DNA of 64,000 nt, taken from assembly GCA_963806875.1 (NCBI GenBank), contig CAWDYU010000001.1, positions 928,402 to 992,401 on the forward strand. The letters are read 5' to 3'. Source of the DNA: an uncultured Gemmatimonadales bacterium. GTDB taxonomy: Bacteria; Gemmatimonadota; Gemmatimonadetes; Gemmatimonadales; GWC2-71-9. Made by a program: the position numbers and the translations under genes. Shown here piece by piece: positions 50,867-60,415 of the stretch (within the stretch, counting starts at the first letter, position 1; every line of letters starts with the position of its first letter). Under the pieces are notes generated by a model. The model did not search any database. It was not told where the DNA came from and saw only the letters and a program-made list of their open reading frames with translations.

Positions 50867-53671
50867 TCATCCGAGATTCCGGCGATGGAGGGCCTCGCGC
50901 GCGACGCGCAACGCACCGGGACGGACCCGGAACCCGGGGCGGCCGGGCTCTGCCTCGATGATCTCGCGGGCCAGCAATTCGTCGAGCTGTGCCCGGCTCC
51001 GCGACGGCGTCCAGCGGAACACGGCGGCGTGCTCGGACGGGGTCAGGCTGCCATGTTGCTTGATCGCGACCAGCGTGAAGAGATCGTCGGCATCGAGCTG
51101 CTCGATGACGGCATCGATGTCGGGCGGGGTGATCGGCTTCATCACCATCGTGCCGGCATTCACCGATCCGATCTGCCCGAGCCAGAGCTCGAACGCCGTA
51201 CGAAACACCCCCGCAGATTCGCGTGCGAGCGACTCGAAGAACGCCTCCTCGGGATCGCCTTCACCCGCGACGCGCCGCCTGAGTTGGGCGACCACCCCAC
51301 CGTGTACTGGTGGCGGGAGGAATCGGAGCCGCAGTCCCGACAGATGATGGCGCACCAGGATCGCCTCTCGGATGGCTGCGGGGTTGGCGCTTGCGGCGTC
51401 GAGACGGTGGGAGAATGTGCCGCCCAGGCGCACGGCGCGGTCGAGAAACCGGAACGCGTGCTGGTTGGTGACGAGGAGCCAGAGGGTGCTGCTTCCGGTC
51501 GACGCAATGAGTCGCTGCAACTCGTGAATCCCCTCGAACCCGCCCATCTCCCGCAGGAACGCCCGCTCGGTCTCCTCGAGCACGATCACGCGACGCCCGC
51601 TCCTCAGCGTTTCCTCGAGCGACTCGGTGGTGGTGCCGCACAGCGTCGCAAGGAACTCCCGCACCGCCTCAGCCGAGGCGAGGCGCTCGCGAAACTCGCC
51701 CCGAACCACGGGAAGGTCCGCCAATGGCCCCTCGAGCGCACAATTGATGAGGCTGGTCTTTCCGCTGCCCCGATCGCCGACCACGAGCAGTGCCACCGGA
51801 CGGTCTGATTCCCACAGGGTTCGGGCCTCTGCGAGTGCCTGCATCTCGTGCTCGCGACCAACAAGGAAGCGCGGGTCGTCAACGGCATCGAATCGGAAGA
51901 GCCGTCGATATATCGCCGGCAACTCGCGGGTGCGTGGATCGCGCGTGAATTCGGTCGGCAGGTATTCGCGCCGAACCACGTCGGGTCGCGTTCCAGCGGA
52001 GGCCGGTATCCACTCGATCGCCACGAGAACGCGTCGCCACGACGAACGGATCGCCCCTCCGGTCGATCGCATTGCCCGGCCAGTTCCAGCCATCGCGGCG
52101 GCAATCGCTGTCGTCATGCCCTGCGTGGCACCGACTCGACCGAGGTGCGCCAAGGCACCGAACCGCGTCCGCCCCAGCAACAGGCGGTTCTCCACCACGA
52201 CATCGACGAGCGCCCTGGTCAGTCGCTCATGCTCCTCGACGAGTGTGCGGCGTGCACTGGCGACATCGACCGCCAGCAGGCTGCGCGCATTGTCCAGCGC
52301 TTCCCCCGCGACCGCCGCGCCATCCGCACTGTCCGGTTCCTCCGCCGCAAACTCGATCACCTGCCGTGCGCGCTCGAATTGCTGCACCAGCGCGACGTGA
52401 TCGGCCTGAACCCGGACGAAGACATCACCAACTCGGGCGCGCCCGACAGACTCGAACGCCCGCACTGCGGTATGAACCGGGCGCACCGACTTGCGCACCG
52501 GGCGACGTCGCGGCAGTGCCGTCACGCGCTGGACCAACTCCACTTCGTCGGGCAACCGAGCATGGATCTGCTGCACCCGGGTGGCAAAGTCCGTCATCCG
52601 GCGCAGCGCGGGCACCAACGGCACACCAGACGGCGGCGCGCCTCCGGCATGTTTTCCGTCCACCTGCGCGTCGATCCAATCGACGAACTCACCGTTGCTG
52701 GCGATGAGTGCGGCGCGCTCCGCGTCGAGGTCGGCGAGGGCATGATCGCCGAGACCGAGAAGTTCGCGCTCCGCCGCGTCCTGTACCCGTTCGAATCGCA
52801 ACTCGGCCTCGAGGGCACCTGTCTGCTCGGCCCAGTGTTCGAACGCCAACGCGCCTCGCTCATCGGATTTCGCGATGCGGGGAACACGGCGCCATCCGGT
52901 GGACCGAACCAGGCCGTCGGCAACGTCTGGCACGACGGCATCAAGTTCTCGGCGGAGATATGCGCGGGCCAGACCGACGTCGTCGGCAATGACCGCAAGG
53001 GCCCCGACGGCATCGTGCGCCGCCGGCAACGACGCCGTGGGCAGGGATGCGACCGCGGTGTCGATGGGATGCCGGGTTGCATCCCACGTCCGGCGAATCC
53101 CCTGCGCCCCTCGCGCCATGGCTGCGAGGATCATCCCGGCAGCCTGCAGCAGGGCGGGCTCGGAGCGTTCTAGGCTGCGACGGAGCGCCGCATGGATCGG
53201 GATCGTTTCTGGCGCAGTGCGACGCCTGAGCATGGCCCGGGCAATCCGCGAACCGGCGTCCTCGCCAACCGTGAGGACAACCTCTGCACCGGTTGCGATC
53301 AGCGCGGCGGGAATGCGACGGGGCAGGTCATTCAGGCCCCGGAAGAGCGTTTCGACGGCCACCTCGGCGCGTCGCAGCGGACGCTCGCGGTCCCACCGAT
53401 CGATGGCATCGAGAAGGACGACGCGGCTCGCCATCGTACGCGCATCAATGTGATCTTCGGGGGTCAGCGCGGGGAGGCGGTCGCGGATCTCCCGTGCGCC
53501 GTCGGCCTGTGCCGTGAGTATCGCCTCGAGTTGGTCCCACGCCGCATCGAGTTCACGCGCAAAGGCGTCGCCGAGGTCCCGAATGCCGGCGCCGAGTCGT
53601 GCCCACTCATCGGCAAAACCGGCGGCGTCCCCGGTGGCGACAGGGAGCATGGCAGCGGGCCCTTCGTTCAT
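50867..53671 (-). CDS. large P-loop NTPase (AAA_16/ORC-Cdc6-style module plus probable winged helix) with ~560-aa uncharacterised helical N-terminal region
   Basis: Intact 934-aa ORF. '[15 protein letters not shown]...[22 protein letters not shown]' (Walker A), '[13 protein letters not shown]' (Walker B-like), '[13 protein letters not shown]' and C-terminal '[31 protein letters not shown]'. Confidence 0.7.
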   Translation of the reverse strand: MNEGPAAMLPVATGDAAGFADEWARLGAGIRDLGDAFARELDAAWDQLEAILTAQADGAREIRDRLPALTPEDHIDARTMASRVVLLDAIDRWDRERPLRRAEVAVETLFRGLNDLPRRIPAALIATGAEVVLTVGEDAGSRIARAMLRRRTAPETIPIHAALRRSLERSEPALLQAAGMILAAMARGAQGIRRTWDATRHPIDTAVASLPTASLPAAHDAVGALAVIADDVGLARAYLRRELDAVVPDVADGLVRSTGWRRVPRIAKSDERGALAFEHWAEQTGALEAELRFERVQDAAERELLGLGDHALADLDAERAALIASNGEFVDWIDAQVDGKHAGGAPPSGVPLVPALRRMTDFATRVQQIHARLPDEVELVQRVTALPRRRPVRKSVRPVHTAVRAFESVGRARVGDVFVRVQADHVALVQQFERARQVIEFAAEEPDSADGAAVAGEALDNARSLLAVDVASARRTLVEEHERLTRALVDVVVENRLLLGRTRFGALAHLGRVGATQGMTTAIAAAMAGTGRAMRSTGGAIRSSWRRVLVAIEWIPASAGTRPDVVRREYLPTEFTRDPRTRELPAIYRRLFRFDAVDDPRFLVGREHEMQALAEARTLWESDRPVALLVVGDRGSGKTSLINCALEGPLADLPVVRGEFRERLASAEAVREFLATLCGTTTESLEETLRSGRRVIVLEETERAFLREMGGFEGIHELQRLIASTGSSTLWLLVTNQHAFRFLDRAVRLGGTFSHRLDAASANPAAIREAILVRHHLSGLRLRFLPPPVHGGVVAQLRRRVAGEGDPEEAFFESLARESAGVFRTAFELWLGQIGSVNAGTMVMKPITPPDIDAVIEQLDADDLFTLVAIKQHGSLTPSEHAAVFRWTPSRSRAQLDELLAREIIEAEPGRPGFRVRPGALRVAREALHRRNLG

Positions 53672-53813
53672 GGTGTCGATAGCCGGAATCTAATGTCCCG
53701 TGGGGGAGTGGTGGCGGCAGCCTGCCCATCGTCTTCGTGGGCGTGGGGCGATATTGCAGTGATGACTTCGGCACCACATGCCCGGTCATCTCGACCAGTC
53801 ATGGGGAGTGGGT

Positions 53814-54731
53814 ATGAAGCTGGGAATGATCGGGCTCGGCAAGATGGGCGGGAACATGACCGCTCGCCTCCTCGGCGCGGGCCACCAGGTGGCCGTCCAC
53901 GACCTCGACCCGGCCGCCGTGGAACGCGCCGCCGCCGGGGGCGCACAGGGCACCGCCTCACTGGTGGAACTGGTCGCCGCACTCGCGGCGCCGCGCGTCG
54001 TGTGGGTGATGGTCCCAGCCGGTGCCGCCACCGAGTCAACCATCGGGGCGCTGGTCGAGTTGCTCGATGCGGGCGACGTCATCGTCGATGGTGGCAACAG
54101 CAACTACAAGGATTCGGTGCGTCGTGCACTCGAGTTGCGCGAGCGTGAGATCTCGCTGGTCGATGTGGGAACGTCAGGCGGTGTGTGGGGGCTGAAGGAA
54201 GGGTACAGCATCATGGCGGGGGGCACCGCCGCCGCCATCGCACTGGTGCGTCCGGTCCTCGAGGCACTTGCTCCCGCACCTGACACGGGCTGGGGGCATG
54301 TGGGACCGAGCGGGGCGGGGCACTTCGTCAAGATGATCCACAATGGCATCGAGTATGGCATGATGCAGGCGTACGCCGAGGGCTTCGCACTGATGCAGCG
54401 GAAGGAGGAGCTGGGGCTCGATCTCGAGCAGGTCGCGCAGATCTGGCGGCATGGCAGCGTCGTTCGGTCATGGCTGCTCGACCTCACTGCCGCGGCCCTG
54501 AAGGAGAACCCCGACCTCGAGGGCATCGCACCGTGGGTCCCGGATTCCGGTGAGGGCCGCTGGACGGTGATGGAGGCGATCGACCTGGCCGTTTCCATTC
54601 CGGTGATCACGCTGGCGTTGCAGCAGCGGTTCCGGTCACGGGACGAATCGCCCTTCGGCGACAAGTTGCTGGCGGCGATGCGCAACCAGTTCGGCGGTCA
54701 CGCGATCAAGCGCTCGGCGGACCAGGCATGA
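53814..54731 (+). CDS. gnd: 6-phosphogluconate dehydrogenase, decarboxylating (short Gnd/YqeC-like form)
   Basis: 'MIGLGKMGGNMTARLL' Rossmann motif and 'GAGHFVKMIHNGIEYGMMQAYAEG'. GGAG-type RBS before ATG 53814. Confidence 0.9.
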   Translation: MKLGMIGLGKMGGNMTARLLGAGHQVAVHDLDPAAVERAAAGGAQGTASLVELVAALAAPRVVWVMVPAGAATESTIGALVELLDAGDVIVDGGNSNYKDSVRRALELREREISLVDVGTSGGVWGLKEGYSIMAGGTAAAIALVRPVLEALAPAPDTGWGHVGPSGAGHFVKMIHNGIEYGMMQAYAEGFALMQRKEELGLDLEQVAQIWRHGSVVRSWLLDLTAAALKENPDLEGIAPWVPDSGEGRWTVMEAIDLAVSIPVITLALQQRFRSRDESPFGDKLLAAMRNQFGGHAIKRSADQA

Positions 54732-56191
54732 GCGGCTCCGCGCCGGAGTTCGCGACGACGATGGTCATCTTCGGCGCGTCGGGCGACCTGATGCGCCGGA
54801 AGCTGGGGCCGGCCCTCTTTCGTATCTGCCGCCGCCGGCAACTTCCGCCTGAGGTGAAGATCGTCGGCTTTGCGCGGACCGAAATGGACGACGCTGGATT
54901 TCGTGCGTACGTGCGCGGAGGAGTCGACGAGTTTGCCGGCCCCGTTGACGATGCGGCCTGGGCCCGTTTTGCCGCGCGGCTGCATTACGTGACGGGGGAT
55001 GTGACGGAGGCCGCGGACTTCGCGCGGCTCGGTGCGGAACTCACCCAGCTCGAGTCGGGCCCTGCGCACCGCCTCTACTACCTCGCGATGGCACCCAATT
55101 TCTTTGCCCCAACCGTGGAGGGACTGGGTGCATCCGACATGGCGTCTTGCGAGCCGTGCGGACCGCGGCGCGACATCGTGATCGAGAAGCCGTTCGGGCG
55201 TGACGCTGCCAGCGCCGCGTCGCTCAACGAACTGGTGCATTCGGTCTTCAGCGAGGAGCAGGTGTTCCGGATCGATCACTATCTCGGGAAAGAGACGGCC
55301 CAGAACATTCTCTACTTCCGGTTTGCCAACGCCATCTTCGACCCGCTCCTCAATCGCAGTTTCGTCGATCATGTGCAGGTGTCGGTGACGGAGACCGTCG
55401 ACATCGGGCACCGCGGCGGGTACTACGATCAAGCAGGCGTGTGGCGGGATATGTTCCAGAATCACCTGCTGCAGTTGCTCGCGCTGGTCACCATGGAGGC
55501 TCCCGTCGGCATCGATGCGGTCCACCTCCGTGACGAGAAGGTGAAGGTGCTTGCGGCGATCCGTCCGATCGACCCGGCGGACGTCGTGGCGGCGCAGTAC
55601 GAGGGATACAGAGAGGCGGAGGACGTGGCTTCGGGCTCGCGCACCCCCACGTTCGGGGCTGTCAAGTTGATGATCGACAACTGGCGGTGGTCGGGGGTGC
55701 CATTCTACCTCCGGTCCGGCAAGGCGCTCGCGGCCAAGGGTTCGGAAATCACGGTCGCGTTCAAGCGTCCCGTTGTCCAGCTCTTCGGCACCCAGCAGTC
55801 GCCCCGTCCCAATGTGCTATCCATCTGCATCCAGCCCGACGAGGGTGTGCACCTGAGTCTCGACGCGAAGGTGCCGGGTGAGCCGGAAGACGTCGACCTC
55901 GTGGACCTCGAATTCCACTATGCAACCTCATTCCCCGGTGTGGTTGTCGGCGACGCGTATGAGCGGCTGCTGCTGGACGCACTGCGCGGCGACGCCGCGC
56001 TCTTCACCCGCAGTGACGAGATCAAGCAGGCCTGGGACCTGTTCGACCCGGTGATCAAGGCCGGCGAGGACGGCTCCACCCTTCCACCCGATGTCTATCA
56101 GCTCGGTAGCGCCGGCCCCGCGAGCGCCGACGCCCTGCTCGCCCGAGAAGGCCATCGGTGGTTGAGTGGCTGCAACCACGATCCACACTGA
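54728..56191 (+). CDS. zwf: glucose-6-phosphate dehydrogenase
   Basis: 'IFGASGDLMRRKL' and the signature 'RIDHYLGKE'. ATGA overlap with gnd. Confidence 0.95.
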   Translation: MSGSAPEFATTMVIFGASGDLMRRKLGPALFRICRRRQLPPEVKIVGFARTEMDDAGFRAYVRGGVDEFAGPVDDAAWARFAARLHYVTGDVTEAADFARLGAELTQLESGPAHRLYYLAMAPNFFAPTVEGLGASDMASCEPCGPRRDIVIEKPFGRDAASAASLNELVHSVFSEEQVFRIDHYLGKETAQNILYFRFANAIFDPLLNRSFVDHVQVSVTETVDIGHRGGYYDQAGVWRDMFQNHLLQLLALVTMEAPVGIDAVHLRDEKVKVLAAIRPIDPADVVAAQYEGYREAEDVASGSRTPTFGAVKLMIDNWRWSGVPFYLRSGKALAAKGSEITVAFKRPVVQLFGTQQSPRPNVLSICIQPDEGVHLSLDAKVPGEPEDVDLVDLEFHYATSFPGVVVGDAYERLLLDALRGDAALFTRSDEIKQAWDLFDPVIKAGEDGSTLPPDVYQLGSAGPASADALLAREGHRWLSGCNHDPH

Positions 56192-56193
56192 AT

Positions 56194-56952
56194 TCAGGGT
56201 GGGGGCGCCGCCGCCGCGTCGAGGAACCAGGCGAGGCGACCCCGCGGGCAAATCTGGGACGCCGGCGTCCGTAACCCGGTTCCCGTTATGGCATTGCTCA
56301 CCGCTTCCCGCTTGGCAGCGCCGGTGGCGAGGACGAACACGGCGCGAGCGTTGTTGATCACGGGCATCGTCAGCGTTATCCGCTGCCGAACCGAATGACC
56401 AGGCGGTGCGCTCACGGCACTGACCAGCGCTTCCTGCTCATCGACGGAAGCGTCACCTGGAAAGAGTGACGCCACATGCCCGTCCTCGCCGATGCCCAAA
56501 AGCACGAGGTCGAGTCGAGGCGTCGCCGGGCCGAACCGGTCGTGGATGCGTGCCGCATAACGGGCTGCAGCTTCGACTGGTTCGCCTAGCGGCACGTCGA
56601 TCACGTTGGTCCGGCGCACTCCGAGCGGGAGGAGAAGCTCACGCCACGCCGTACCCGAGTTGCTGTCGGCGCTGTGGGTGGGGACACATCGCTCGTCGCC
56701 AAAAAGGAATGTCACCCGGTCCCACGGCGCGGCGTCTGCACCGAGCTCGATCAGGCGCCTGTACAGCAGCACTGGCGTGGAGCCGCCGGACAGCACCACG
56801 CTGGCGTGTCCCTGGACCATGACCGTGGCTCCCACCAGCGCGACCACTGCTCTCGCCGCGAGCGCTGCCGCCGCCGGGGGATCGGCGGCGACGTGGACCT
56901 CGGGCGTCACGATCCCGCCGTCGTCGTCATGGTTGAAGTCAGGTGGCACCAT
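56194..56952 (-). CDS. pgl: 6-phosphogluconolactonase
   Basis: 'VVLSGGSTP', 'FGDERCVP' and 'LLGIGEDGHVASLFPG'. The start is uncertain: ATG 56952 or GTG 56997. Confidence 0.85.
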   Translation of the reverse strand: MVPPDFNHDDDGGIVTPEVHVAADPPAAAALAARAVVALVGATVMVQGHASVVLSGGSTPVLLYRRLIELGADAAPWDRVTFLFGDERCVPTHSADSNSGTAWRELLLPLGVRRTNVIDVPLGEPVEAAARYAARIHDRFGPATPRLDLVLLGIGEDGHVASLFPGDASVDEQEALVSAVSAPPGHSVRQRITLTMPVINNARAVFVLATGAAKREAVSNAITGTGLRTPASQICPRGRLAWFLDAAAAPPP

Positions 56953-57284
56953 CACTCGCCGCAAGGGGCTGCACCACAGCCGTGGTCTCGGCGTCACCCG
57001 CGAATCGCGTCCGGGAGAGCCGGTTGGAGTTCATCGTAATTGGTTTCGCGCCTTCTGCCATCCCGTGAGGAACGCGACGGTCTCGCGGATGGCGTAGCGG
57101 TGGAAGGGTCCATGCCGCCGAATTGCTGGTGAGCCTTCCTGGACTCGGTGCGAAGGGCCTTCCGGCACGCGATCACGGTCACTACTGAGGCAGCGCGGGT
57201 GGGGTCGCAGGCCGGTCACGACTCACCGGGCCGACTGGAGGTGGTACAATTCATCCACTGACCGCTCCCACCGCCGAGTGTCTG

Positions 57285-58166
57285 ATGGATTGGCTCCCGT
57301 TCGCGCTGGACTCCGACAAATTCGAGACATTCCTGCTCGGTGCGGCACCCAAGGTGCTGGCTGCGGCACTCGTGGCCCTGGCCGGGTGGATCGTCCTGCG
57401 GATCACCCAGCCGGCGCTCCGGACCGCTCTCCGTCGGGCGCATTTCGCGGCGGGGCTCATCACGCTCCTCGTCGACGGGGTGTACAAGGCCGTCCTCGGT
57501 CTCTTCACGATGGTGATGGCCGCGAGCCAGCTCGGCATCGACGTGAGCGCAATGCTCGCCGGGTTCGGCGTGATCGGTATTGCCCTGGGATTCGCGGCGC
57601 AGGAAACCGTGGCCAATACGATCGCCGGCTTCCTGATCTTCTGGGATCGCCCGTTCAAGATCGGCGATTACATCACGACGCAGTCGCTGTACGGCGAGGT
57701 TCGTGAGATCACCCTGCGCACCACCCGGATTCGGACCAACAACAACACCTTCGTGGTCATCCCGAACAAGCAGGTCATCGGCGACACCCTTGTGAACCAC
57801 TCGATGTATGGCGCGACCCGGGTCGTGGTGGAGATCGGCATCGCCTACAAGGAGAAGATCGCCGAAGCACGGGCGGTGCTGATGACCGTGCTCCCCGGCA
57901 TCGAGGGCGTGATCAGTGATCCGGCGCCCGATGTGGTGGCGCGTTCACTCGGCGATTCCAGCGTGAACCTCGAGATCCGGGTGTGGATCGACGAGGCGGA
58001 GCAGGAAATGCCAGTGGAGGCGCGGGTTGTCGAGGCGGCGAAAGTCGCCCTCGACAACGCCGGCATCTCGATCCCGTTCCCGCATCTCCAGCTGTTCGTC
58101 GACCAGGTCGAGCCGCGGGTATGGGAAGGGGCAAGAACGCTCATGCAGGGCGGGGCGGAAGAGTGA
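57285..58166 (+). CDS. small-conductance mechanosensitive channel (MscS family)
   Basis: 'GFGVIGIALGFAAQETVANTIAGFLIFWDRPFKIGDYITTQSLYGEVREITLRTTRIRT...VVIPNKQV'. Confidence 0.9.
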   Translation: MDWLPFALDSDKFETFLLGAAPKVLAAALVALAGWIVLRITQPALRTALRRAHFAAGLITLLVDGVYKAVLGLFTMVMAASQLGIDVSAMLAGFGVIGIALGFAAQETVANTIAGFLIFWDRPFKIGDYITTQSLYGEVREITLRTTRIRTNNNTFVVIPNKQVIGDTLVNHSMYGATRVVVEIGIAYKEKIAEARAVLMTVLPGIEGVISDPAPDVVARSLGDSSVNLEIRVWIDEAEQEMPVEARVVEAAKVALDNAGISIPFPHLQLFVDQVEPRVWEGARTLMQGGAEE

Positions 58167-58173
58167 CGGCGTC

Positions 58174-59235
58174 ATGAGGCGGGCCCGTCATCTCGTCGAT
58201 GCGGCCCCGGCACACTGGCCACCGTGGCGCATCAAGCTGCACGACGTGATCTTCGGCCACGAGGCCGGTGCCGGCAGGTACTTCGATGTCGCGCTGATCG
58301 TGAGCATCATTGCGAGCGTCATTGCCGTCATGCTCGACTCCGTGGCCGTGGTTCGCGCGCAGTACGGTCCGGCGCTCTACGCCATGGAGTGGCTGTTCAC
58401 GATCGTGTTCACGGTGGAGTACTCGCTCCGCCTGTTGTGTGCGCCGCGGCCCGCCGCGTACGCGCGGAGTTTCTTCGGCCTCGTCGACGTGGCGTCGATC
58501 CTGCCCACCTATCTCAGCCTGATCCTGCCGGGCGCCCAGTACCTGCAGGTGATCCGGGTGCTTCGGGTGCTTCGCGTCTTCCGTGTGCTCAAGCTCGCCG
58601 AGTACATCGGAGAGGCCGACACGCTGATGGTCGCGATCCGGAACAGCCGGCGGAAGCTGTCGATCTTCATCGCGACCGTCCTCGTACTCGCCGTGATCCT
58701 GGGCGCCGCGATGTATATCGTGGAAGGTGGAACCAACGGCTTCAACAGCATCCCGTCGTCGATCTACTGGACGATCGTGACCATCACCACGGTCGGTTAC
58801 GGCGACATTGCGCCCGAGACCGCTTTCGGCAAGACGCTCGCCTCGATCATCATGCTCCTCGGTTACGCGATCGTGGCGGTACCAACCGGCATCGTGACCG
58901 TCGAGCTGACCCGCAAGCGCGAACGCGACAAGCTTCTGTGTGATGGATGCGGCGCGGGGGAGCACGACTCCGACGCGAGGCATTGCAAGCGGTGTGGAAG
59001 CCGGCTCACGGGCCTGTCTTGCCAGCGCCCCCTGACGCCGCCTGAGCCCGCAGATACGCTCATCCAGCCCCCTCCGGAGTTGCCATGCCTGCGACCTATG
59101 TGCTCGACCGCTCGCTCAACCTCGTCCGTAGCCGCGCGTGGGGAGTGCTCACCGATGAGGAGAGCCTGTCGCACTACGCCACGCTCGCCGACGACCCGGC
59201 ATTTGAGCCCGAGTTTCGCCAGGTGTGCGACCTGA
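58174..59235 (+). CDS. voltage-gated K+ channel (6-TM ion transport protein) with C-terminal CxxC...CxxC zinc-ribbon tail; 3' end doubtful
   Basis: S4 'VIRVLRVLRVFRVLKLAEY', selectivity filter 'TTVGYGDI' and tail 'CDGCGAGEHDSDARHCKRCGSRL'. As written the ORF runs 151 nt into the next gene. TGAs occur in the other two frames at 59033-59035 and 59043-59045. Confidence 0.8.
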   Translation: MRRARHLVDAAPAHWPPWRIKLHDVIFGHEAGAGRYFDVALIVSIIASVIAVMLDSVAVVRAQYGPALYAMEWLFTIVFTVEYSLRLLCAPRPAAYARSFFGLVDVASILPTYLSLILPGAQYLQVIRVLRVLRVFRVLKLAEYIGEADTLMVAIRNSRRKLSIFIATVLVLAVILGAAMYIVEGGTNGFNSIPSSIYWTIVTITTVGYGDIAPETAFGKTLASIIMLLGYAIVAVPTGIVTVELTRKRERDKLLCDGCGAGEHDSDARHCKRCGSRLTGLSCQRPLTPPEPADTLIQPPPELPCLRPMCSTARSTSSVAARGECSPMRRACRTTPRSPTTRHLSPSFARCAT

Positions 59236-59465
59236 GGATGGTCGATGAGATCGACATGTCCACCGCGGGTATTCGCCGGATCGCCGCCGCCGCCACCTTT
59301 TCGCCAGGCGTGCGACGCGCATTCGTCGCGTCCGAGGATGCACATTACGGCCTCTCACGCATGCTCCAGGCGTTTTGTGAACTCGAGGGCACCGAGATCG
59401 GCGTGTTTCGGACGCTGCAAGAGGCTGAGGAATGGCTGACGCTCGAGCCCGGATCCCTCGCGTGA
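59085..59465 (+). CDS. hypothetical protein (possibly STAS/SpoIIAA-like fold)
   Basis: GGAG lies 7 nt before ATG 59085. 126 aa with coding-like composition. The fold suggestion is only an impression. Confidence 0.45.
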   Translation: MPATYVLDRSLNLVRSRAWGVLTDEESLSHYATLADDPAFEPEFRQVCDLRMVDEIDMSTAGIRRIAAAATFSPGVRRAFVASEDAHYGLSRMLQAFCELEGTEIGVFRTLQEAEEWLTLEPGSLA

Positions 59466-59489
59466 ACACGTCGGTGCTGAGGCGATTCC

Positions 59490-59873
59490 GTGCGTAATAT
59501 CCTGATTGTCGGGTGCGGCGGATTCCTCGGCTCGGTTGCCCGGTTCTGGTTGGGCGGGCTCGTCAGTCATGCCACCGCACCTGGGCGGTTTCCGCTCGGC
59601 ACGCTGGCGGTGAATGTCGCCGGATGTCTGGTGATGGGCGTGCTCGCGGCGATGGCGGAGACCCGCCAGGTATTCACGCCCGGCGCGCGGCTGCTGCTGT
59701 TCACCGGGCTGCTCGGCGGTTTCACCACGTTCTCGGCCTTCGGGCTGGAAACCTTCGCGTTGGCCCGCGACGGCGCGTGGCGCGATGCCGCACTCAACAT
59801 CGTGCTGCAACTCGTGCTCGGACTCGGTGCCGTCTGGCTCGGGTACCGCACCGCAGTGCTCGCTGCGAGCTGA
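59490..59873 (+). CDS. crcB: fluoride ion channel CrcB/FluC
   Basis: 127 aa. 'GGFLGSVARFWL...PLGTLAVNVAGCLVMG...FTGLLGGFTTFSAF' are typical CrcB motifs. Confidence 0.9.
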   Translation: MRNILIVGCGGFLGSVARFWLGGLVSHATAPGRFPLGTLAVNVAGCLVMGVLAAMAETRQVFTPGARLLLFTGLLGGFTTFSAFGLETFALARDGAWRDAALNIVLQLVLGLGAVWLGYRTAVLAAS

Positions 59874-59903
59874 CCAACCACAACCTCCAACACGGGAGCG
59901 ATC

Positions 59904-60415
59904 GTGCAGATCGTCATTTCCGCCATTTGCACCGCCGGTCGCAGCCTTCGCCAGGCGATCGCCGATGACAGCGCACTCGAGCGCCACGGATTCGAGATCG
60001 AAAGCGAAAAAACTCCCGGCCGCGAGCCGGGCTGGCTCAAGCTGCGGAGCGTCGACCGACGACGCGGTGCAATCAACATCGTCTGGGACACCCAGGCGAA
60101 CATCCTGACGGCTCGCGTGGTGACCCGCGGCAGCAGCCGACCGAGCCCGATCGTGGGCGACTTCATCACCTATCTGCTCACGACGGCATCCACGGCGCGT
60201 CCGGTCGATCGCCACGGCGCAGGTGCGGTAACGCGCATCTCCCGTGGCTGGCGTCGGACGCGTTCGGTCGATGGGACACGACCGCCGTGCGTCGCACCGC
60301 TGAAACACTGTCGAGTCGGTCTCCAAACCCAGTGCAGATTGGAGCGACTACACCGTCACCCCTGTGGTTTCATGATGAAACCAGCCCGCCACCTGTTGCG
60401 TTGGATGATGAATGA
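59904..60415 (+). CDS. hypothetical protein; 3' half and frame uncertain
   Basis: GGGAG RBS before GTG 59904. The first ~95 codons look coding ('...GAINIVWDTQANILTARVV...IVGDFITYLL'). As written the ORF overruns the PBP gene. Another frame ends in an ATGA stop/start overlap with the PBP ATG 60412. Confidence 0.3.

Noticed and set aside
59466-59489. Fluoride (crcB-motif) riboswitch upstream of crcB.
   Set aside because: Only 24 nt separate the upstream stop from the crcB GTG. The preceding ~90 nt are coding, and I could not match them to the conserved riboswitch core by eye. A covariance-model scan would be needed to revive this.
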